A stretch of DNA of 64,000 bases from Felis catus (Eukaryota), in NCBI RefSeq assembly GCF_018350175.1, contig NC_058368.1, positions 42,596,001 through 42,660,000 on the forward strand, given 5' to 3'. The notes beneath the pieces are model-generated. The model worked only from the letters and a program-made list of their open reading frames with translations. It was not told the origin of the DNA and searched no databases. Shown here in pieces: positions 52,411 through 64,000 of the stretch. The position numbers and the translations under genes were made by a program. The first letter of the stretch is position 1. The number at the start of each line of letters is the position of its first letter.

Positions 52411-55400
52411 ATTTCTTTTAAGACAGACTTCCTTCCAAACCCATAGCAATCACCTCAATATATTATATTTGTTTACAAGTTCATTCACTAAATTTTTTAT
52501 TTCCTATAGTATCCCATTTAAAAAAAAAAAAAAAAACAACTATCCGCACTATACCTAAGATATGCACATTTGTGAACTGAAAAAGTTGGTCCAAAAACAG
52601 CTACATAAAAAAGAAGCTCCCAGTTCTGAATCCAAATATTTAAATTAATTTTTGTAGCCTACTTCCCATTTTTACATGTATTTTAATGACCCCTTTGTTC
52701 TTTCTCAATGCATTTTCATCCTATCTGCTATTCAAATATGGTATCCTGTGATGAAATAGCATAAGTAGATTAAAAGGGCATTGAAGTCTTTCCTATATTT
52801 TGCTTAATGACAGAATTCAAATATTTAATATTTGGACAGTGACATTTCCACCTTATTTCTGTGACTCTCATCTCTACAAATTAATTTTATCAGTCTTATC
52901 TGCTGTGCTAGTCAACTTAATTTTAGGAGTCCTGATTTTAACTGTCAAAGTAAATATAATATTCCTAGAAGTTGAAAGAATCCCTGTGTGAGAAAGTAAG
53001 AATATTTTACTAATATTTACATTTTTAACATAACATATATATCAGCTGATGATATGTTAGTACACAAAACTTGGTAATTTCAAATATCTAAACTTTATTT
53101 GCCTTTAGGCTTTTTTCAAGTGGGATACATTTCAGTTCAAATGTATATATTTTCAGAAACAACTCATCATCATCCTAAAAATACAGCAGATACTTTGTAT
53201 ATTTAAAAGAGAAAGTTCTAAACTATTCTTGCCTTGAAAACCTTTGTAAAAATAAATGATTTTTAGTGCCTTTGGCAAATAGTCACAGGCAAACAGCCTT
53301 ACTTCTCTTCTTAAAAAAATGCAAAGTTTACCAACCTGAGAATTCTTAACTTTCTAGGACTCTGTCCATCATTATAATGAGGGCATCACATACATCTCTT
53401 CTAGAAGACGACTACAAAAGCTCAAATCGCAACCAGTTTCTATTCACTTATAGAGCTTGATCTCTAGTCTCCAGAGAAAATGGTGAATTTCAGAACCTGT
53501 ATGAAACAAGACTACACGGCCGCAAAGAAACAATAAGGATTGCATTTGCAATGGGTATTAAGGGCCCTGGGACTTTGGAAAGGGAAGAGCTGTGACATTT
53601 ATCCACTTTTATAAGCAAATCAAATCCTGGTTGTCCATCAAGTTCTGGATGTCCATTGCAAAGGTCAGCATAAAACTCAATGACATACATGCCTCTCTAC
53701 TCAATCTGGGGCTACTATTATCCAAGAAAATTGGAGGGAAGTACGTAGGCTGGGCTGGGAAGATGCCTCTGGTCATCAACAATTGTGCTGGATATTCTTT
53801 GGTCACCATGGAAAACATATCTCACAGACAGTGATCTTACAGCTGTGGTAAATGCTTAAAACCCAGCATTTTAAGGAAACAGAGATGAACTACTAAATAA
53901 GCAATTACCAAGAATTTGGAGAAAAAAAATGTCAGGGTAAAATTATGAAAGTATGGTACCATGTAATTAAGTAGTTCCTTCAAGAATACCAGTTGACTTC
54001 ATTCCTGAGAGGGGTTCCTGGGATAACTATGAATTATAGCCCAATTAGTCTCATTTACATACTTACTTCCAATTAGGATGCAATAAAAGGTAGGATTAAG
54101 AGATGTTTATTGAATTGCATGTATTAAGAAAGAGATAGCAAAATGATCTATAAGAAAAGATCATTTTGGTTAATTGAAGGATATTTTGGCTTATTTTTAC
54201 AATTGGAAAAGACCAATAACAGTCAAAATTTTTTGAAAACGTTAAACAAAGTGTTGAAAAGTTAAAGGATTAGGCAAAAGGAAGAAATCATTTTTCTGTT
54301 ATTTGTCCATAAAGCCAATGAACGTAGATTAAAAATAGATGGAAAGCTGTGAATGGAAGGGTTTCTAAAAATTGCTTGAGACCATAATAATTTACTAGTT
54401 TAATAGGATATCTAAAGTGATTAGTAAACCTGCTACATTTATAGATGTCACTAAGTTTGTGCAGAATGAAATGGCACTTGAGTAATAAAATCTAAAGGTA
54501 ATCAGAAGTTAAATACATGGATGGAGGAGAAACACATGAAACACAAGAATTTCACAGTACAGAGTATATAACTATATTAGATATAAAAAAATTACTTCAT
54601 TTTTAACTTCTCTAGTAATCAGCCATATTCCAGGATTAATTACTGTGAGCTTTGCCTTGAAGATATCACAATATGCTGGGAAGTTGAGAATCCTTAAGCA
54701 ATGTTAAACACAAAATAGAATAATATTCTACTCTTCTGTAAAATGATACATCCAGACATGAAATATTACATGCATTTCTGGAAACCACCTCAGGCAAGAA
54801 ATTAACACATTGAGAAAAGCCCATACAATGTAAAAAATTTAGGGCAGTGATCCCCAGTTGGTCAATGAATGATGTGATACATAGCCACACCTTCTGGACT
54901 TGAATTATGCCTCAAACTCATCTGCGGCCCTTTCTGAACATTCAGGTAGTAGTCCCCACTAGAAACTTAATGAATCAGATTATCTTGCCGGTGTGGCCTA
55001 GATACCTGTATTTTGTAAAGTCTCCCACAGAAGATGATTATAGGATATAAACTACTCATCAATTGTTTACTAGTTCTTGTTAAATTTTGAAAAGATAGAA
55101 TTGGAAATTATCATTTGTGTCTAGTCCTGTGTGATGGCTTCCAAAATTTCAGTTTTCGTACCAGTGGGGCAGGGACATCAATTAAAGTCTTTGTCTTCCT
55201 TTCCCTTATCTTCATATGAGTGTGTGTAAAAATTACTAAACCAATGAAGACCAGGGTCAGCCTACTGTGTGTGTGTGCACGCACGTATTATCAACTTCTC
55301 TTCAGCATTACCATAAACAAGTTTCCAACACATTATTTCTTAAACAAATGAATACATTTACTAGAGACTTCTATAAGCTAAGTACTAAGTAGCACTATTA

Positions 55401-55426
55401 GGCCTTTGCATAAATTACAGCTTTTT

Positions 55427-55628
55427 AAAAAAAAATTTTTTTAATGTTTATTTTGACAGAGCATGAGCAGGGGAGGGACAGAGACAGAGGGAGACACAGA
55501 ATCTGAAGCAAGCTCCAGGCTCTGAGCTGTCAGCACAGAGCCCGATGTGGGACTTGAACCCACCAACTGTGAGATCATGAGCTGAGCCGAAGTGGGACAC
55601 TTAACCAACTGAGCCACCCAGGTGCCCC
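55427..55628 (-). mobile_element. Can-SINE inserted in a degraded MIR
   Basis: TSD tacagcttttt at 55416-55426 and from 55629. Confidence 0.95.
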
Positions 55629-55800
55629 TACAGCTTTTTTTTTTTTTAAACAATCTTAGAGATAAATAATACCTAGATTAGTATATGGACAGTAAGGACT
55701 GAAATTTAAGTAGTCTAAAGTCACATAACCAGTTAGTAATCTGCTTTGGTAGTGTCAGTCCATAGCCCTTCTCTCCATACCGCTGATATCAAGGCTTCAC

Positions 55801-55833
<33 letters not shown>

Positions 55834-55924
55834 ACCTATCCTCTCCTCACAGAAGCTTGAGGCCTCATGAATTATGGAACCAAAAAATGCTACTATATAA
55901 GTAAAGAGTTTTAAAAATTGGAAT

Positions 55925-56225
55925 CCTTCAACCTGGAGAAATAAAAGTCAAGAAGGAATATTATAAAATCCATAAATTCAAAAATATTATGAGAGAATGG
56001 ACATGAAAGTTTTTAGCAATCTGAGAACATTTGAAGAGGCTGTCCCCAGAAACTCACAAAAGATACTTTTTAGAAGTAATAAAAGATACTTCCATTTTAC
56101 AGAGTTAGTTGTAAAACTGTGAAACTTAAAACCCTGAAAATGCTGCATGTTAAAGATATAAATAAACCTGAAGAGGGTAGAAAAATTTCCATAGGTAGCA
56201 CATTCATACCAGACTGAAGGGAAAC
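55925..56225 (+). mobile_element. L3/CR1 3' remnant
   Basis: ttcaacctggagaaataaaagtcaagaagg...cctgaagagggtag...ttcataccagactg resembles the CR1 3' end. Confidence 0.4.
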
Positions 56226-56540
56226 TAGAACTTGAAAGTCAATACACTCCAAGCTCTGACTTGTACTAATGAATTCCCTCAATATTTGAGGTTTCCACTA
56301 CTCCGCCTTCTATCTGCCTAAGTTTTAAAGACTGGGTTATCACAGTGGTTAGCTACCAAAGTTAAACAAAGGCTGTGGTTCCATGAGGCAGATGCTTATT
56401 ATACAGATGGTGGCTAGGAAACACACTTAAAGATCAGCACCAAGTTAATAAATTATATTAATAAAATCTGTATTTTACAGGACTATAAAAAAATATAACT
56501 GCATATTTTTGTGTGGAGCTACATAGTAGGGTTTTTTCAC

Positions 56541-57301
56541 CAGTGGTTTGTAAGCAGGGGCAATTTTGCCTCCTAGCATATATTTGTCAAGGTCTGGAGA
56601 CATTTTTGATTATGACAACTGGGTAGAGCATGTAACTGTTATCTAGTGGATAGAGGCCACAGATCCTGCTAAACATTCCCCATTGCATAGAAGAGAACCC
56701 ACAACCAAGACTTACTCTGCCCTGTGGTAGGCAAAGTTCTAAGATGTCCCTTAAGACAGAACATCCCATCCCATCCAGTTCACAATGGAACTGTGAATAG
56801 ATGAGATTTCATGCCTGTAATTCAGTTATATGCTCTGGCCAACTTTAAGATAGAAAGATAATCAAGTAGGTATCATATGAGCCCTTTAAAAGCAGAGCGT
56901 TTTCTCCTGATGGTCACAGAAGAAGAAAACATATAAGGGAAGTTCTCTGTTGCTAAGATTCAGGGGCCTGTGTTCAAGGATCTGTGAGCAGCCTCTCAGA
57001 ACCGAGAGAAATTCTTCCAGCAAAAGAACAGGGTATTTGATCTCGAAACCACAAGGAATTGAATTCTTCCCATAATAGGAATGAGCTTGGAAAAGGATAT
57101 GAAGCCTGTAGATGAGAATTCAGCCCAAGCCGGAGTAGAGAAACAACCCATCTAGTCTGTATTGGGTTTCTGACCTACAGAATTGGATATTAATAAATGG
57201 GTGTGGTCTTTGAGTTGACTAATTTGTTCTTTATTATGTTACACCAATAGAAAACAAATAGAGGTTTAACATCTTAGTAGTGCCAAGGTTGAGAAACCGT
57301 G
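56541..57301 (+). mobile_element. MER20 split by an LTR (56541-56722 and 57263-57301)
   Basis: ggggcaattttgcc...tctggagacattttt...atctagtggatagaggcca, resuming at tagtgccaaggttgagaaacc. Confidence 0.8.
56723..57262 (+). mobile_element. MLT1-family (ERVL-MaLR) solo LTR
   Basis: tgtggtaggcaaagttctaagatg start, tgagccctttaaaagcagag, tctgacctacagaa, caatagaaaacaaataga end. Confidence 0.85.
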
Positions 57302-57599
57302 GTTTAAGCATTCTAGTCTAGGACTAAAAGGGTATTACTAGGTTTGTTTTCATAGAAACAAACAAAAAACTTCTGTGGAAATAGGCTTCTTTAACTCAAA
57401 GTTAAAAGAGGTTTCTTCAGTATGGGACATCTTGGGAACTCTGACATCTTAATTTGGAGAAAAGTTAATTCTATAGTAATTCTAAAGAGCATTTGAACAA
57501 AGATCTGTTCTTAGAAAATTAATATCTTTTGAGCTGAAGATTTTTTAAGACTGAATTTTGAAAAATGTGCAAATTAGTACACTTTTTAAAAATCAGCTA

Positions 57600-57813
57600 G
57601 GGGCGCCTGGGTGGCGCAGTCGGTTAAGCGTCCGACTTCAGCCAGGTCACGATCTCGCGGTCCATGAGTTCGAGACCCGCATCAGGCTCTGGGCTGATGG
57701 CTCAGAGCCTGGAGCCTGTTTCCGATTCTGTGTCTCCCTCTCTCTCTGCCCCTCCTCCTTTCATGCTCTGTCTCTGTCCCAAAAAAAATAAAAACGTTGA
57801 AAAAAAATTTAAA
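57600..57813 (+). mobile_element. SINEC_Fc-type SINE, young
   Basis: ggggcgcctgggtggcgcagtcggttaagcg head. TSD aaaaatcagcta. Confidence 0.95.
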
Positions 57814-57962
57814 AAAAATCAGCTAAAAATCAGCTTTATCTTCCTAATTTCTAACAAAATCAAACATACTAAAAATATGCATCTCTTATCATTTAGACTG
57901 TTTCAGTGATGCTTCTTTATTACAGAGGTCTTGGAATACTCTATAGCATATCTAGAACTTTA

Positions 57963-58195
57963 TTTTTTTTAATGTTTATTTTTGAGAGAGAGAGCACACG
58001 CGAGCACATAAGAGAGTGCATGAGCTGGGGAGGGGCAGAGAGAGAGAGAGAGGGAGGGAGACACAGAATCCAAAGCAGGCTCCAGGCTCTGAGCTGTCAG
58101 CACAAAACATGACTTGGGGCTGGAACTCATGAACAGTGAGATCATGACCTGAGCCAAAGTCAGACCCTTAACTGACTGAGCCATCCAGGTGCCAC
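57963..58195 (-). mobile_element. Can-SINE
   Basis: 18-bp TSD agcatatctagaacttta at 57945-57962 and 58196-58213. Confidence 0.95.
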
Positions 58196-58972
58196 AGCAT
58201 ATCTAGAACTTTAAATCTGCAGAGGGACTGCATAGCTCATCTGCAAAGGGGAGGAGCTAGAGTGGTGGCAGGGATTGCTACCTTTCTTCCTGGGTGTGCT
58301 CTAAGACCCTACATGAGTTTCAAAATGCCCTACTACCTATTTGCTACTGTTGTTTCAATATTTGCTTATCTGCCCAGATCTTTGCTCCAGTCCACTGAGT
58401 ACCATCTTTGCTTTTACTTTCAGGCTCTAGACCTTCAGTTGTGATTTGCAGTAATGGAAGTTTCTCCTAGCCCAGTATCTACCCCACGTGTGGCTCCAGT
58501 TGGAAAGAAGACCAATATTTAATATATATTACACTATAGATGGTAACCAGCCATTGCTGTTGAATCCAAGCTATGGGAAGGCCCTTTTTGTATATCAACA
58601 ATCCTAGCAATGATTTAAGGGCAGACAACCAAATCTTTACCAAAATAGCTTTTGGTATTTCTTCAAGTTACCAGTTACTTGAACAGTTATTATATCTTAG
58701 TGATGAGGGACCATAGGGCAAGCAGCAAAAGCTGGCACACCCCGGCCCCCAGGTGGGATACATGTGATATTCCTCAAGCACTCCTGGCTGCAAGAGAACA
58801 AAGGAAAGAGGACAAATGGTTAGTTGATAGAGATCACAGTCATACAGGACATGAGTCTCCATCAGTTTACAAATGTCTCAGGGAATTACAAAAGGGCAAT
58901 CTTATCAATAGCCTCATCTCCAGAAACCAATAGACTTTTCCGGAGCCTCTAATATCACCCTTCCTTCCATAG

Positions 58973-59400
58973 TGATGTGGGGAACAAAGACAAGAAGGAA
59001 ATGGCAGGTAAAATTAAATTTCCTTATAACCTGCAGCCCTTTGACAAATACTTGAGGCGAGTATTTCTTGCCTCAGAAACCTCCAGGAACCTCCTACCTT
59101 CCTAATGTCAATGCCTCACTAGAGGGAAAAACAACTTTAGCATGACAATAGCAAGGCCTCCGATATCTTAGGAATCCTCTTTAGCATATCAAAGTCCTTC
59201 TGGAGGCCTCCCAGTTTGGACTTTACCTCCCCAACTTGTAGTATAAAACCAGTCATTCTTCACAACCCCAGTGCAGCTCTTTCTGCCCATGGGTCCTGTT
59301 CCAAGCTTTAATAAAATCACCTCTTTGCACCAAAAACATCTTCAAGAATTCTTTCTTGGCTGTTGGTTCTGCACCCACCCATCACCCCAAATCCTCATCA
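58973..59400 (+). mobile_element. ERV solo LTR (class I-like), 428 bp
   Basis: TGATGTGG...CCTCATCA inverted ends, TATAAAA at 59242-59248, AATAAA at 59310-59315, and atag/ttag flanks. Confidence 0.85.
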
Positions 59401-60238
59401 TTAGTATATTTATATTCCTAATATTATCATCCTTAGTTGTCTAATACAGCAAACATGTTTATTTTAAATAACATCATTCCAAAACTATTTCCAGCTTATA
59501 GATTTTACAAAAACCATCTGAGAGGAGGATTGTTTATATCTACTTAATACAGAGAACAGATTCAAAATCTAGAATAATAGATTCATTAGTTTAGAAAGCA
59601 CTTTTAGCCTATGCATTGCATGTTAATGCAATCTTCATGGGATATATTGAGCCTGCTGCCTAAGCACTGAATTACACCTACTGAATTGAGGACTGTTGCT
59701 TTCCTTCCAGCAGTTAAGGACTTCCAAACCACAGACCTAACTGGTCTTTATAATTTCCTCCCACATTATTACCTTATACAGGTGACTTACTCTTGCCATA
59801 AAACATTTGTTGCTATTTCATACTCTTGATGTACTCTTTGAAACATTTATATTTACTGTTTCCTCTACCCAGAATGCCTCTGACTGAGGGTCCGGAATAC
59901 AACCAAAGCTAAGGAATACAACCCAAGAAAAGTTTATTTCTTGCTAACAATGACAATGTTTGTGTGGCAGGGTGGGGTAGGTGGGCGGAGGGAGTGCTTT
60001 GTTCTACCAAGTCTCTCAGAGATAGATTGATACAGACCCTGCAGTACAATTGTCTTTTTACAGTTTCTCATCAATAAAATGGGAATGCCTACCTTTCAGG
60101 ATAATACATAAAGCACTTTTCTGAAGTCACAAAGAGAACGTTCATTCCCTCTCACTTTCTTTTTCTCTCCCAAACACCTGTAACAAACATTCCACATTTC
60201 ATTTTGCCTTGTACTAGTATTTCTTTTTTTGTCTGCTA

Positions 60239-60950
60239 GATTTTAAGTGTTGGAGGGTCACTGCATGTGTCTTGTTCATTCTCATATCTGCATTAGCTTT
60301 AAACACCTAGCATAGACTCCAGTGGACATTTTAAAATATTTGGAGAGGAGTCATGATTCACCAATGCAGAAATGGCTTGCTAAAAGTTAATCCTCGATCT
60401 ATTTAATCTGAAACTGGCATAGAAATAAAACATTAAGAATTTTATTTTTAAAAAGTCATATGAAGTATGAATGCATAATTAAATTTAGCTTTAACTTTTT
60501 GCCCCTGCAAACCTGAACTTTTTCTTTAACTAAAGTTTATGGATCAACAAACTTTCCAAAGCATGGGACTTGGGATACAGTAGTTGCTTAATACATATTT
60601 ATGAGTGAAGTCTGATCCATTTGCAGAAAATCTATAAAAGTTCAGAGATATTGTACATTTATAAAAAAAATAAATTAGTATTGACTCTTATGAAGAGTTG
60701 TCCTAAGAATATCAGAAGAAAAATATTTCCGAATATTTAAGTTGAAATTCTTAAGCCACGTACATTTTGAAAAAAAATTTAGTAATTTTTTAATTTTTAC
60801 ACTTTTTTCTTAGAATTTAGTAGGTACTTAATATATACTGGGCAGGATTTTAAGTGTTGGAGGGTCACAGCATGTGTCTTGTTCATTCTCGCATCTGCAT
60901 TAGCTTTAAACACCTAGCATAGATTCCAATGGACATTTTAAAATACTTGG
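60239..60950 (+). repeat. 105-bp direct repeat pair (60239-60343 and 60846-60950), L2-tail-like
   Basis: Ungapped manual alignment, about 99/105 identical. Confidence 0.92.
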
Positions 60951-62089
60951 CAACAGTGTTAGAATTCATACTTCTACAAATGTTATTTTCAGTGTTTGCA
61001 TGGGTTTGTCTGTCTTGCACAAAACGCTTGGGTTCTAGAGTCCTGACTTGACCTATAACTACACGATTCAAATGTGAAAATATGAAAAGTGCTTACCCAT
61101 TCTGATAAAGTTGCCACACTGGTAACATGTGAGAAAATGATCAGATGCAATATTAATTGAAATGCAAAATGTGAATTCTTGTTGTTCTACTATTGTTTTT
61201 ACAGGATTATTTTCCTTTAGCAATTGTCATCTATAGATTTGCATCAAAACTAGTACATCTTCAAGAAAAAAATACCAATGAGATTTTGTCTCAGAAAAAC
61301 AAAAAATTCTCAATGACACGGGTAACTACATCCATGTACCTATGTATTTACACACACCTCAACTACTGAAAGTGGGCTGGGGGAAAACCTTACTAAATAC
61401 ACTGAGGAACATTTTAGGAAGAGCTAGGTTTTGAGAAAACATTCATATAGGAAATATGCATTTTACTTATAAATTCCTTGCTTCTTGATATTCTAGGTGT
61501 CAACCAATTTTTCACCGGATTTTCAACCCATAAAAAGGAGTTGTAAATTTAAGAAAAATGAGAGTGTGATTCCAAGACAAATACATCACAAAAGTGTGAA
61601 TAAGAAAGAAATGCGTTTCTCCAGCACAGGCAGGTATTCCTCCTAATTTATGGAACCGTTTGTCCTGCTTGTAAAATTCCATTTTTTATGGAATAGAGAA
61701 TTATTGCCGCTGTAAGATGTAACAAAATGGCTAAACGCCTGAGGAAAATATAATAAGGACATTTGGGTTAAGAATATAATATCCAAAACCTTTCACTGGG
61801 AAGTTAGACAAAGTTATCCTAGATTTTTTAATAAATCGGGGCTAACTGCCAATATAAATATAATAATCTGAATGTATCACATACACTAATGCAATCTCTT
61901 TAGAAGACTGGACAAATGGTCTGTATGCATTAATAGTTAAAATCATTACTGAAATTCTAGGACTTTTTTCCTATCTTGAAAAATGCCCATATGTCTAATT
62001 TGGACTAAATATTAAATATCCAAATGACTTTGGTTTGCTACATATAATCAAACAAGATCAGATGTTGAAGCAAAAGAGGTCATAACTAG

Positions 62090-62560
62090 ACAGTACTGAC
62101 TGTCCACTCCATCCCCTCCTCTGCCCTTTTTTTTTTTTTTTAAAGGAACAGAAACCCAATTCTATTTGGTTTAATAATGTTTCCAGCTAAGTACATGATT
62201 TTCCAGGCTGCTGCCCACCTAGGTGTGGCCCAAGTGATATGCTTCTGGCCAGTAAAATGTAAATGGAATAATACTGGGCAGAACCCCAGGAGGGTGCTTT
62301 ATTCTTGGATTAAATGAAACAGATTTAGCTGTCATTCCCATTTTACTTTTAGTTTCCACCTCTCCTTTTATCTTCTGGAATGTCTTTGTGATGCATGGGA
62401 GTGCAGAAGCCCTGTTGCAACCGAGGATAAAAGTCACTTTTCAAACCTGCAGGCCCCATAGGTAGATGGTGCCCAAAGCATTGATGACATTGTAGGGCCA
62501 TTGCCCTAGTTATGGATTCTTGTTAGAGGAGGAAAATAAATCACTTTTGCAATGTTTCCT
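62090..62560. mobile_element. Old MLT1-family LTR remnant
   Basis: ttttccaggctgc...taggtgtggcc...ttctggccagtaaaatgtaa...ctggaatg...ttgcaaccgagg. Confidence 0.55.
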
Positions 62561-62781
62561 ATATACTTTTAAACACAGAGAAGGGAGTTGGGGAGGGCAA
62601 TAAATTCATGTGGTTTGAAAAGAGGACACAAAAGATTTTAAACCAGGCAGTAATTGTGAACCTTATCATCATGCTCAAGAAATGACTTCAAGAGTCAAGA
62701 CACACGCAGTTCAGGTAAGAGACAAAAAAAGAATAAAAGGGCATGTGAAGTTGAGTCACGCCTCTTTTAAAAGGTCTTCTA

Positions 62782-63010
62782 GGGGTGCCTGGGTGGCTCA
62801 GTCAGTTTAAGTATCCGACTTTAGCTCAGGTCATGATCTCATGGTTCCTGGGTTTGTGGGTTGAGCCCCAGGTTGGACTCTGTGTTGACAGCTCATTAGA
62901 GCCTGGAGCCTGTTTCAGATTCTGTGTTTCCCTCTCTCTCTCTGCCCCTCTCCTGCACACACACACTCTCTCTCAAAACTGAATGAAAGTTAAAAAAAAA
63001 AAATTAAAAA
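62782..63010 (+). mobile_element. Can-SINE
   Basis: ggggtgcctgggtggctcagtc head and A tail, with ggtcttct flanking repeats. Confidence 0.93.
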
Positions 63011-63154
63011 AAAATGGTCTTCTCAGAATCTTGATTCAGTAACCTGTACTTGGACCAAAATAGTCACAGGTCTACCCCTCTTCTAACAAGGAGCCTGGGG
63101 AATAGACAGCTTTACCTTGGTACAGTGCCACTCCAGTAATGGAGTTTCTACCAG

Positions 63155-63520
63155 TAATAGAAAAACCCAAGTGGCCTCAGTGAGGCTGGATAAGTTTAAA
63201 GTAACTTTTTTTTCTTCTGCAAACCTCCCCTCCTCCCTTCTTAGCTTTTTGTTCAGGAACTCAGCACCACCCTAAAGACCTGATAAAGGAGGTTGGCAGC
63301 AAATACACAATTCCTGTCAAAACAAGCAAGATGTTGTATTTCACTGTAATCGCCCCCCCCCCCCGCCCCTTCCTTGGGTCAAGTGTGCAGTATTTTGAAG
63401 GCCATAACCTGCTGTAGCTTTCCTTTGCCAGGCAAAGCAACAAAGTTATCCTTCCTCTTTATCCCAAACTCTGTCTATGCGTATTTTGCTCAGAAGCACA
63501 GACGTCAGTTTTTGACAATA
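63155..63520 (+). mobile_element. Probable ERV LTR remnant
   Basis: LTR-like 3' part: cctttgccaggcaaagcaacaaagttatcc...cccaaactctgtct...gcacagacgtcagtttttgacaata. Confidence 0.5.
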
Positions 63521-63569
63521 GGAAGGGGGACAGAAAGCTGTCACTTTATCATTTCAATAGTAAGCTCAT

Positions 63570-63786
63570 GGGGCACCTGGTGGCTCAGTTGGTTAAGCTT
63601 CAGACCTTGGCTCAGGTCAAGATCTCACTGCTGGTGAGTTGGAGCCCCATGTCGCGCTCTGTGCTGACAGCTCAGAGCCTGAAGCCTGCTTTGAGGATTC
63701 TGTCTCCCTCTCTCTCTGCCCCTCCCCTGCTCGTACTTTATTCTCTCTTTCTCTCAAAAATAAATAAAACATTTTTTTGAAAATAT
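63570..63786 (+). mobile_element. Can-SINE
   Basis: TSD taagctcat at 63561-63569 and 63787-63795. Confidence 0.95.
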
Positions 63787-64000
63787 TAAGCTCATAAATG
63801 AGGTGGGTATATTGTTTCTACCATTCTCTTGAAAATTTGGGGGCAATTCTTGCTTTCAAGATATTTAAGATATTTTTCAATGTATGTTAGCAATGTTGCA
63901 TTATGATCTCATAATGAGATGCATTATGGTTCATCAAGAACCAAGGCCTGCATCAGTAATAAGAATCCTGAAGGGGGGGGGGGAGGGGGAAATGTGACTT

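Noticed and set aside
42025..63780. Recurring ORFs with AQSLEPASDSVSPSLS or GACFRFCVSLSL that look like a peptide family
   Set aside because: All are translations of Can-SINE copies.

Overview
Vertebrate DNA from a felid, most likely cat, judged by its SINEC_Fc-type carnivore SINEs. The window holds the 5' end of protocadherin-9 (PCDH9, a delta-1 protocadherin) on the minus strand. In order: a CpG-island promoter (~32.57-33.56 kb), a non-coding exon 1 (~32539-31978), a 1.2-kb intron, and a 3171-nt exon 2 (30767-27597) encoding the signal peptide, 7 cadherin repeats, TM and proximal tail. The start of a very large intron fills 1-27596. The frame reads through the exon-2 donor to a stop at 27534, giving a 1032-aa short isoform. 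The rest is AT-rich intron and upstream DNA with old repeats (MIR, L2, L3, MER5/20/33, Tigger, MLT1), ERV LTRs and 14 Can-SINEs. I found no second protein-coding gene and no convincing new system. The best leads are: (1) a cluster of four uATGs covering all three frames just upstream of the start codon; (2) an intronic poly(A) signal with an adjacent CTCF-like motif below the read-through stop; (3) a (TG)11(CG)18 Z-DNA-type tract in a SINE; (4) two unrelated ~105-bp local duplications; (5) a ~39-kb zone with no recognisable Can-SINE around the promoter. Repeat family names come from recognition by eye, not a database search.
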